DNA of 64,000 nucleotides from Mobula hypostoma (taxonomy: Eukaryota). The notes under the pieces are model-generated. The model ran no database searches and had not been told where the DNA came from. It was given only the letters and a program-made list of their open reading frames with translations. The stretch spans positions 4,218,001 to 4,282,000 of the forward strand of contig NC_086101.1 in the NCBI RefSeq assembly GCF_963921235.1, in the 5' to 3' direction. Numbering within the stretch: the stretch's first letter is position 1; each line of letters starts with the position of its first letter. Position numbers and translations under genes: made by a program. Below are positions 28,535 through 38,465 of this stretch, piece after piece.

Positions 28535-28911
28535 GGAGAGAGAGGGAGTGGGAGGGGGAGAGAGAGGGGGAGAGAGGGAGAGAGAGGGAGAGAGGGGGAG
28601 TGAGGGGGAGTGAGGGGGAGAGAGAGGGGGAGAGAGGGGGAGAGGGGGGAGAGAGACGGAGAGAGAGGGAGAGAGGGAGAGAGAGGGGGAGAGGGGGGAG
28701 GGGGGAGAGGGGGGAGAGGGGGGAGAGGGGGGGAGAGGGGGAGAGAGGGGGAGAGAGGGGGGAGAGAGGGGGAGAGAGGGGGAGAGAGGGGGAGAGAGGG
28801 GGGAGGGAGGGGGAGAGAGGGGGAGAGGGAGAGAGAGGGGGAGGGAGAGAGGGAGAGAGAGGGAGAGAGGGAGAGAGGGGGAGGGAGAGAGGGAGAGGGA
28901 GAGAGGGGGGT

Positions 28912-28944
<33 letters not shown>

Positions 28945-28970
28945 CACACACACACACACACACACACACA
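28535..28970. repeat. Polypurine (GA/GGGGA)n tract followed by (CA)n
   Basis: Directly visible; ~400 bp almost purely purine on the + strand. Confidence 0.97.
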
Positions 28971-28979
28971 GATTAAGAG

Positions 28980-29470
28980 GTGGGGTGTATGGCCTGTCCA
29001 TTGCAGGGCAGCTCACTCACCTTTGGTCCCCACCGGACAGTCATCCTCTCACCTGTGGCTCCAAGTCGCTGTTTGCATGCGACTGCGGCCACACCCCGGG
29101 ACACCGCTTCGACAGGAGGGCTGAATCAGGTGAGGGTAGCCGGCAGGTCTCACGCCCCGGTGAGAGAGGGACGTCCCTGTCCTCGCGTGTGAAGTCAGCT
29201 CCAGGGGTCTGGGTGAACCAGGCCAACGATGAGACCCAATGGCCGGGAAGGCGGCTCTGCAAAGCTCCGCGGAGAGCAGAGGGCAGCAGAAGGCACAGAA
29301 AAGTCATGGTCATCCACTGCAAACAAGCAAAACCCCAGTTGTTACTCTACTCGTACCCCTGGACCCGGATTTCTGGGGTCGAGAGAGTGGAAATACCACA
29401 GTGCAATGGCTTTTCCAACTGAAAAGCTCTCCCACACAGGTTTCCTGTTATTGTCGGATACGATGAACAA
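28980..29470 (+). mobile_element. Probable non-autonomous retroelement (RTE 5'-UTR-like), GC/CpG-rich
   Basis: GC-rich non-coding block right after a microsatellite (ggtgagggtagccggcaggtctcacgccccggtgag...tgtcggatacgatgaacaacca). Assigned by resemblance only. Confidence 0.3.
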
Positions 29471-29519
29471 CCAGCAAGGGGAACATGGGAGAACACTTCA
29501 GAAACATGACCTGAAGCAC

Positions 29520-31800
29520 CCTCTGTCCAAATAAAACGCCCTTCCTCAAAATAAAAAAACCCTCCCCCCAATAAACACCCTCCCTCCAATAAAACACCCT
29601 CCCCCCAAAAAAACACCCTCCCTCCAATGAAACACCCTCTGCCAAATAAAAACCACCTTCCCTCCAAATAAAATGTCCTCCACCAAAATAAAACACCCTC
29701 CTTCCAAATAAAACACCCTCCTCCAAAAACATCCTCCACCGAATAAAACACCCTCCCTCCAAATAAAACCTTCCTGGAAATGAAACACCCTTCTCAAAAG
29801 AAAACATCCTCTGCTGAAATAAACCACCCTCCCTCCAATTAAAACCTCCCCCCAAATAAAACACCCTCCCCGCAAATAAACAAGCTCCCTCCAAAGAAAA
29901 TACCCTCCCTCAAAATAAAACATCCTCCCCAATAAAACACTCCCCCCAATAAAACAAACACCCTCCCTCCAAATAAAACACCCTCCCCAAATAAAACACC
30001 CTCCCTCCAAATAAAACACCCTCCACCAAAATAAAACACGTCCCTCCAAATAAACACCCTCCTCCAAATAAAACAAACACCATCCCTCCAAATAAAACAC
30101 CCTCCACACAAATAAAACACCCTCCCCACAATATAAAACACCCTTCCTCAAAATAAAAGACCCTCCCTAACAGAGCACTAACCCCACCCCAAATAAAATG
30201 CCCTCCCCAAATAAAACACCCTCCCCCCAAATAAACAAGCTCCCTCCAAAGAAAATACCCTCCCTCAAAAAACATCCTTCCCCAATAAAACACTCCCCCA
30301 ATAAAACAACCACCCTCCCTCCAAATAAAACACCCTCCCCCAAATAAAACACCCTCCCTCCAAATAAAACACCCTCCACCAAAATAAAACACCTCCCTCC
30401 AAATAAAATAAACACCCTCCTCCAAATAAAACACCCTCCACACAAATAAAACACCCTCCCCACAATATAAAACACCCTTCCTCAAAATAAAAGACCTCCC
30501 TAACAGAGCATTAACCCCACCCCAAATAAAATGCCCTCCCGAAATAAAACACCCTCCCCCCAAATAAACAAGCTCCCTCCAAAGAAAATACCCTCCCTCA
30601 AAAAACATCCTTCCCCAATAAAACACTCCCCCAATAAAACAAACACCCTCCCTCCAAATAAAACACCCTCCCCCAAATAAAACACCCTCTCTCCAAATAA
30701 AAAACACCCTCCCTCCAAATAAAACACCCACCACCAAAATAAAACACCTCCCTCCAAATAAAATAAACACCCTCCTCCAAATAAAACACCTTCCATCCAA
30801 ATAAAACACCCTCCACACAAATAAAACACCCTCCCCACAATATAAAACACCCTTCCTCAAAATAAAAGACCTCCCTAACAGAGCATTAACCCCACCCCAA
30901 ATAAAATGCCCTCTCCAAATAAAACACCCTCCCCCCAAATAAACAAGCTCCCTCCAAAAATACCCTCCCTCAAAAAACATCCTTCCCCAATAAAACACTC
31001 CCCCCAATAAAACAAACACCCTCCCTCCAAATGAAACAAACACCCTCCCCAATAAGACACCCTCCCTCCAAATAAAACACCCTCCCCAAATAAAACACCC
31101 TTCCTCCAAATAAAACACCTCCCTCCAAATAAAATAAACACCCTCCTCCAAATAAAACAAACACCCTCCCTCCAAATAAAACACCCTCCCCAAATAAAAC
31201 ACCCTTCCTCCAAATAAAACACCTCCCTCCAAATAAAATAAACACCCTCCTCCAAATAAAACAAACACCATCCCTCCAAATAAAACACCCTCCACACAAA
31301 TAAAACACCCTCCCCACAATATAAAACACCCTTCCTCAAAATAAAAGACCCTCCCTAACAGAGCACTAACCCCACCCCAAATAAACTGCCCTCCCCAAAT
31401 AAAACAGCCTCCCAACTAAAATCCCCTCCCCAAAACACCCTACTCCATATAAAATACCCTCCCTTTAAAAACTCCCTTCCTCAAAATAAAACACCCTCCC
31501 TCCAAATAAAGCAGCAAACACCAAAAATACTATCCTCCCAAATTAAATATTGTCTCCCCAAATAAAGCACCCTGCTCCCACTTAAAACACCCTCCCCAAA
31601 TAAAACACACTTCCCAAAATAAAAGACCCTCCTCCCAAATAAAGCACAATCCCTCCAGAGCACTACCCCCCAAAATAAAGACCATCCCCCAATAAAACAC
31701 CATCCTTCTAATAAAACACCCATCCCAAATAAAACACAATCTTTCCAAACAGAGCACTAGCCCCCCCCAAGTAAAACCCACTCCCCAAATAAAATGCCCT
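29520..31800. repeat. ~2.3 kb minisatellite, unit ~AAATAAAACACCCTCC(CTCC), with higher-order blocks
   Basis: Directly visible. The marker taacagagca(c/t)taaccccacccc recurs at ~30168, 30501, 30876 and 31356. Confidence 0.97.
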
Positions 31801-32557
31801 CCTTGCAAAGTTTTTTAAATAATAATGGTCAGAAACTTTCCTTTTAAAATCTCAAATTATTATTTCTTTTTCTCTAAGAATAAAAATATAGATTACAGAT
31901 AGATGCAAATCCTGCCTACAGGCAGACCAAAATAACGACCGGAGCCCCCGCCTCCAGTCAGGCCAATAGAGTACAGAGAACGAGAACAGTTCCACTGCCA
32001 TCACGAGAGGGTTAGGGAAGAGGGTGGTAAGGGGGCGTCCTAGAGGGAGAGGGTGAGGGAAGGGGCGGGAAGAGGGTGAGGGAAGGGGTCAGGGAGAGGG
32101 TGGGGAATGGGTCAGGGAGAGGGTGGGGAAAGGGGCGGGGAGAGGGTGAGGGAAGGGGCAGGGAGAGGATGAGGAAATGAAGCGGGAAATGTCTGAGGAG
32201 GAAGGAAGAGTGTGGATGGGTGGGGAGGGTGAGGGAAGCGGGCAGGAACGGGGATGGAGGGCTGTAGGTGGGCGAAGAGGGAGAGAGGGGTCTTAGAGGA
32301 AGGGAGGGAGTGTTTCCTGGTGGGAGGGAGGAACAGGGTGGGAGTGAGATTAAGTACATGGTGGCAAAAGAGGGAAAGAGGAGGACAAAGGAAAAGGGTA
32401 GGGGAGGGTCGACTGGGAGCAGTACAGTTGTGAAGCTAATGGGGTGTGCACGAGGGGAACGGAGGAGTAGAGGGGGACAGGGGGAGGAGGGAAGTGAAGA
32501 GAGTGGAAGTGTAAGCTGGAGGGGTGAGGAATTTTGGATGGGGGAGGGAGCTGAGCA

Positions 32558-33886
32558 CTAAGGCAACACCATGCTGATCTCGGCCGGCCGGTTCTCCAGG
32601 TTACGGGTGGTGGTCTTGCCGTGCTGGTCGCGCAGGTGGACGCGCAGGGTGCTGTAGTGGGTGAAACGCATGTCGCAGTAGCTGCAGCAGTGGGGCGCGT
32701 CGCCATTGTGCACGTTCATGTGGTCCTTTAGCGAGCGTTTCTGCGTGAAGGTGCGGCCGCAGACGGCACAGCAGTACGGCTTGAAGCCGGTGTGCACGTT
32801 GATGTGCTGCGCCAGCCGGGCGTTCTTCTTGAAGACTTTGCCACAGAGGAGGCACATGTAGAGCCGGTGCGTCACCATGTGGGCGGCCAGGTGCTCCCGC
32901 TGCTCGAAGACGGCCGCGCACTCGGAGCAGCGGACCGGCTCGGCCTCGGGGCCCTCGGGCCGCGGCGGCAGCGGCAGCGATGCCGGGTCCTCGGGACCCC
33001 TGTAGAAGCCGCTGCGGCAGTCCTCGCTGGCCGAGCTCTCGTAGTCCTCCTCAGGGAAGTCGTCCGAGATGAGGACCTCGGACATGTCGTAGGGTGCGCC
33101 GCCAGTCTCTGAGTAGTCGTGGCTCCCGCTGCCGCTCCCTACTCCTCCTCCACCCACCGTCGAGTGGATGCGTGGGTCAGGCTCCGGACCCTCTCCAGAC
33201 CCCGGCGCCATGCAGTCGGCCAGCGACTCTACCTTGCGGATGCGCAGGTCGTCGGCCTGACCAAAGGAGGCAGCAGGCGGTCGTGGCCGGGGCCTGGGCC
33301 TCGGCGGCGGCTCCTGCTGGTGCTCCTCCTCCAGCTTCACTGACTCGCTGGCCTCGCCCCACGGCCCGTCGCGCTCAGAGGAGCTGGCAATCTGCGGCGT
33401 GCACGGCCGCTCGCGGTCTGGGTCCCGGTCCCGGTCCCGTTCCGGGCCCGACTCGTCCCCCCCCAGACCCGGGCTCGGGCCTGGCGGCGGGGGTGGCAGG
33501 CGGGGTCCGATCCGCGGCGAGAGCGACTGGCGGCACTTCTCCACCACGTGCTCCATCTGCAGGCAGCTGGCGGCCGTCAGGTAGTCGAGGATGTCGCCGA
33601 AGGGGAACTCCAGCGTGCCGGTGTAACAGGACAGCAGCAAGCGCTGCACCGTCTGCGCTCCGGTCATGGGGAAGACCTCAACCTCCCGCGACGGGTTCAT
33701 GTGGAACTGGTCCCGCAGGAACGGGGAGCAGGCAGCCAGCACCACCCGGTGCCCCGGGAACCGCAGCCGCTCCGCCACGATGGTCACGTCGCAGAAGCGC
33801 TCCTCCATCCGCAGCTGGTTCATCCGCTGCAGAATCGACACCTCGTGGTTGGGAAAGTGGAAGCGCACCACGTCGTCCGAGGCCAT
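32558..33886 (-). CDS. ZBTB12: BTB/POZ and C2H2 zinc finger transcription factor, ZBTB12-like (ZBTB12/26/6 group), single coding exon, 442 aa
   Basis: Uninterrupted ORF. N-terminal BTB ([61 protein letters not shown]) closely resembles ZBTB12 as I recall it. Pro/acidic linker, then four C2H2 fingers (CSEC..HMVTH; CLLC..HINVH; CAVC..HMNVH; CSYC..HLRDQH) ending in QHGKTT. Strongly GC/CpG-rich. Exact orthology within the group is unverified. Confidence 0.85.
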   Translation of the reverse strand: MASDDVVRFHFPNHEVSILQRMNQLRMEERFCDVTIVAERLRFPGHRVVLAACSPFLRDQFHMNPSREVEVFPMTGAQTVQRLLLSCYTGTLEFPFGDILDYLTAASCLQMEHVVEKCRQSLSPRIGPRLPPPPPGPSPGLGGDESGPERDRDRDPDRERPCTPQIASSSERDGPWGEASESVKLEEEHQQEPPPRPRPRPRPPAASFGQADDLRIRKVESLADCMAPGSGEGPEPDPRIHSTVGGGGVGSGSGSHDYSETGGAPYDMSEVLISDDFPEEDYESSASEDCRSGFYRGPEDPASLPLPPRPEGPEAEPVRCSECAAVFEQREHLAAHMVTHRLYMCLLCGKVFKKNARLAQHINVHTGFKPYCCAVCGRTFTQKRSLKDHMNVHNGDAPHCCSYCDMRFTHYSTLRVHLRDQHGKTTTRNLENRPAEISMVLP

Positions 33887-33930
33887 AGCCAGGGTGGCAG
33901 CTGCCGGGGGTCACGGGGAGAGACACAAAG
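33887..33930 (-). promoter_or_regulatory. Splice acceptor for the ZBTB coding exon (AG at 33902-33901; exon begins at 33900, 14 nt before the ATG)
   Basis: Minus strand reads ctttgtgtctctccccgtgacccccggcAG|ctgccaccctggctATG: a pyrimidine-rich tract plus cAG. ZBTB genes typically have an upstream non-coding exon. Confidence 0.7.
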
Positions 33931-34290
33931 TAGAGACGGACATTAGTGTAAACTCAATGTCAACACACTGTGAAAATTCAAAAGGAAAGAAAAAAAATAA
34001 CAATAATATTTAAATAAGCAATGAATATGGAGAACACGAGATGAAGAGTCCTTGAAAGTGAGTCCATATGTTGTGGGACCAGTTCAGTGGTGGGGTGAGT
34101 GAATTACAGTGAAATGCATCATCGGTGTCAAATCAAATCAGTGGATTCTGTTGGGGGCAGCTCACAAGTGCTTCCGCGCCAACGTGACCTAACGACAGGT
34201 CTTTGGAGGAAACCCATGCAGTCACGGGGAGAAGGTACAAGTTCCTTACGGGGACAGTGGTGGGAGGTGAACCCTGATTAGTGATTGCTA

Positions 34291-34964
34291 AATAATTAGA
34301 GTCAATCATTGGTAATCCAAAAACTTGCAGTAATAGGATGAGGTTGTAAATCAATATGTAAAACTGCTGAAACAATATCAAAGATGTCTTTATCATCTTC
34401 AGCCTGCCCGTTGATAGCATTTGTTACGCTGATGGCCAGAAGATCCATATTATTCAAATGGAAATATTTTGATTCCCCTAATACACTTCAATGGTTTTCT
34501 CAAACTATAGTTTGTTTAAACCTACAAAAAATCAGGAGCAGCAGAGTTAATTCCTCGATTAAATTCGAGGAAACTTGGGAGTCCTTTATTCAGTATTTCC
34601 ATACATATGACTTAAGTTGATTTTCTTTTTGAATCCTTTTTCCTAATATTTAATTGTTTATGGAAGGAGGAATGGAGTCAAGGACAGAATAATTATAATT
34701 GACAAATTATGGCAGCCCAGTTTTTTTTTTCTCTGTTTTGTTTTCTGTTTAGTTTAGGGGTTTTTTGTTTTTTGTCTTGAACAAATCTTTTGAACTTTTT
34801 TTCGGTTTCATTTATCAAGAGATTGGGAGGAACTGTCTGGATATGATATTTGGAACTGATGTTGGTATATATGATTGCTATTATTGTTAACCTGTTCCTT
34901 TGGCATTGTTATTATTGATATGTTCATTTAACTGATTATAATGCAATAAAAAGATTTGAAAAAG
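34291..34964 (+). mobile_element. 5'-truncated, 5'-inverted L1-type LINE insertion with 10-bp TSD
   Basis: TSD gtgattgcta at 34281-34290 and 34965-34974. Plus part LSSSACPLIAFVTLMARRSILFKWK..KFEETWESFIQYF, then a T-rich UTR, aataaa and an A-rich end. The inverted part 34291-34391 encodes the upstream residues. Confidence 0.8.
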
Positions 34965-36502
34965 GTGATTGCTAGCACTGTAAGGCGATTGCGTTGACAG
35001 ATACTCCGACTTTATTCCTTTGAAACTACACAGGGGAAGACACGAAAGTTCTTGCTATTGGCGTATTGTTAAAGGGAATGTTCAGCACAGATCTGTTTTG
35101 TCATTAACCTGGTCAGTTGTATATTGATGCTATCCTTCAACACTAACACAAGTGTACCATACATTCTGGGTGTCTGGAGTTTGTACATTTGAAGCAGCAT
35201 TGAAGATTCAAAGAGGTTCTGTTTTCAATTATTCTAGATATCCCGTGTTATTTATTTGAAAAAGTTGTCTTCTTGTGTGCTCGTTAGTCTTTGTGCAGTT
35301 TTTTATAAACTCCATTACCTTTCTTTTATTATTCATTTATTGAGATACAGCGTGAAACAGCCTGTTTTGGCCCCTCGAGTCGCACAGCCTAGCAACTCCC
35401 CCATTTGCCAGGGCAATTTGCCAAGACCAATTAACGTGCCCCAAACAGTAAGTTTTTGGACTGCAAAAGGAAAGTGGAGCACGTGTAGGAAACCCACTTT
35501 GTCATGGGGAGAACATACAAACCCCGTACAGATGGTGGTGGGTATTGAACTCGTCATCGGTCCTATGAAGCATTATGCTAAACACTACACAACCATACCA
35601 GCCAATGGCAAAAATTTCCTTATTTTCCTGAAAATGCCTGCAAGAAAATTAATCTCAACATGGTAAATGGTAACGTATGCAAAAGACCATAAGATAAGGA
35701 AGCAGAATTGTCCATTTGGCCCATTGAGTCTGCTCTGCCATTTCATCATGGCTGATCCAAATTTCCTCTCAGACCTAATCTCCTGCTTTCTCCCCATATC
35801 CCTTACTGCCTTGGCCAATGAAGAATCCAGCAACCTCTGTCTTAAATATACATAAGGACCTGGCCTCCTCAGCTGCCCGTGGCAAAGAATTCCACATATT
35901 CACCACTCTCTGGCTAAAGAAGTTCTTCCTCATCTCCGTTCTAAAAGGACACCCTTCTGTTCTGTTAAGCAGCCTCATGTGTGGCTGTGTCGTCTGGTCA
36001 CAGACTCTCCCAACATAGGAATCATCCTCTCCACATCCACTCTATCAAAGCCTTTCACCATTCAATAGGGGTTTCAGTGAGGTTACCCCTCATTCTTCTG
36101 AATTCTAGTGAATACAGACCCAGAGCCATCAAACACTCTTCATATGACAAGCCATTCAATCCTGGAATCATTTTCGTGAACCTCCTTTGAACCCTCTCCA
36201 GCTTCAACACATCCTTTCTAAGATAAGGGGACCCAAAACTGCTCAGAATACTTTGTGAGGCCTCACCAGTGCTTTATAAAGTCTCAACATTACATTACAT
36301 ATGCTAGTCCTCTTGAAATGAATGCATTCCTCACCACAGACTCAACCTGAAAACTAACCTTTAGGTCCTTTTGCACCTCTGGTTGTATTTTCTCTCCATT
36401 TAGAAGATGATCAGCCCTTTCATTTCTTTTACCAAAGTGCATGACCATACACTTCTTCACACTGTATTGCATCTGCCATTTCTTTGTCCATTCCCCTAAT
36501 CT

Positions 36503-38074
36503 TTTTTTTAATTTTATTTTTATTTGGATAAGGAATTCACAATTATCATGTACTTTTTTCACACATATAACCTTTTCCATTTTTTTATATGTATAAAACT
36601 ACAATTATTTATACATTCTTAAGTACACATTGAGATGGTATAAAAGGAAAATAAACATTTAAATAGATAATTATGTACTGTGGTAAATCTAACCTATTAG
36701 GCTAAGTAATAAAATTAGTTGTTAAGAAAAATGGTAATAATAGTTTCCATACAACCCTTCTGGACCATTTCCACTGGTGCAAAATGTTGCATACAAGCCT
36801 ATATACCAACCATTGTAGGTGTTTCTATCCCAATTTGTTCGTGCTTGTTCCTGCCCGCAGACATAATTATCCAATCCCTATGTACTTATTTACTTAATTT
36901 TTTCATTTTTTTTTAATCCCTTTCCCAAATCTTTCCCTTTACTTGTGTTAATTCTCTATTTTCCAAAAAAAAGCAAACATTTAGACTAGGGGTGCTGACG
37001 TTAGCAATATTACTGTGTTGATGAGAAGAGCAATATAAATCATTAGGAGAGTCATCTAAAGTCTGCTCGCATTGGGGTTATATATTCAATCCATTTATTC
37101 CAGATTTGATAAAATGTTTCTTTTTGAGTTCTCAGGGAGTAAGTCAACTTTTCCATTTTAAATATTTCCAAGATAATTTCGTACCAATCTTCTAATGTAG
37201 GTGGTATTGGATTTAGCCATTTTCTAGTGATTGATTTCTTACTTGCCGCTAAGAGGGCCTGCAGCAACTTTATATCTTCCTTCTGTTCAAGGAACAATAC
37301 ATGCCCCAAATAGAGCATCTCAAAGTTCAGAGGTATCTGGGACCTAAGTACCTTAACTAATGTTCTATGAATACCTTCCCAAAATAGACTTAATTTAGGG
37401 CAATCCCAGAAAATATGAAAATGATTTGCCTTCTTGGAGCCGCACCTTCTCCAACACATCACATTTGTATCTTTATATTTTTCCTGATATGGGGTCTTGA
37501 AGTATCTTATAATGTTTTTCCAACAATGTTCTCTCCAAGTCAAAGAATTAGTCGAGGACCATTGAAAGCTGCAGATTTTCCCCCAAGCCTCCTCTGAAAG
37601 TACCAACCCCGCTTCTTTCTCCCACTTCTCTTTAATATACAGTGTATTTACATTTTTAGCATGGGAGAGTGCATTACATAGGCGAGAAACTGATTTACTA
37701 GGTATTGAACTGCAAGCCGAATTCAGAATCTTGAAAAATTCTAATTCTACTGTTGATAGGTCTGTATATCTACAACTCTGGTTAACATAGTTTCGTATTT
37801 GAAGGTACCTAAAAAAGTCATTATGTTCTAGGCCATGTTTGTCCTGCAGGATTTGGAAACTTTGTAATACTCTTTTATCTATAAATGAGAGGTAGGTTGT
37901 AAGACCTTTCTTTATCCATAGCTCAAATCTTTTATCTCCTCTGTTGGGAAGGAATTCGGTATCATATGCACACCATCTAAAGAGTTTTAACATGTTATTA
38001 ATTCCACATGAATTAACCACCTTCTGCCATACTTTTAATGTAAGATTTATCCAAGCATTATTAAATTTTTCCAA
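36503..38074 (-). mobile_element. 5'-truncated L1-type LINE, intact ORF2 C-terminus, 3' UTR and polyA, 15-bp TSD
   Basis: TSD ccattcccctaatct at 36488-36502 and 38075-38089. ~340 stop-free codons ending at 37052, including the Cys-rich motif CWRRCGSKKANHFHIFWDC. aataaa and an A-tail on the minus strand. Confidence 0.92.
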
Positions 38075-38465
38075 CCATTCCCCTAATCTATCCAAGTTCT
38101 TTTGTAGCCTGTCTAGATCCCCAAAACTACCTGCCCCTCCACCTATCTTCATATCGTCTACAAACTTTTCAACAAGGCCATCAATTCCATTATCCAAATC
38201 ATTGACATACAACGTAAAAAGAATCAGTCCCAACACAGACCCCTGTGGAACAAAACTAGTCACTGGCCGCCAGCCAAAGGCGCCCTTCATTCCGCTCTTT
38301 ACCTCCTGCCAATCAGCCACTTTATCCAAGCTAGAATCTTTGCTGTAATACCATGGGCTCATAGTGTGATAAGCAGCCTCAGGTGTGACACCTTGTCAAA
38401 GGCCTTCTGAAACTCCAAGTACACAATATCAACTGATTCTCCTTTGTCTATCCTGATCGTTATTT

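Noticed and set aside
28431..31808. Long LSP-, ERG- and GGCFIW-rich ORFs
   Set aside because: Artefacts of the polypurine tract and the AAATAAAACACCC minisatellite.
32601..34013. Overlapping alternative-frame and antisense ORFs over the ZBTB exon
   Set aside because: Expected in very GC-rich coding DNA with few stop codons; no recognisable domains.
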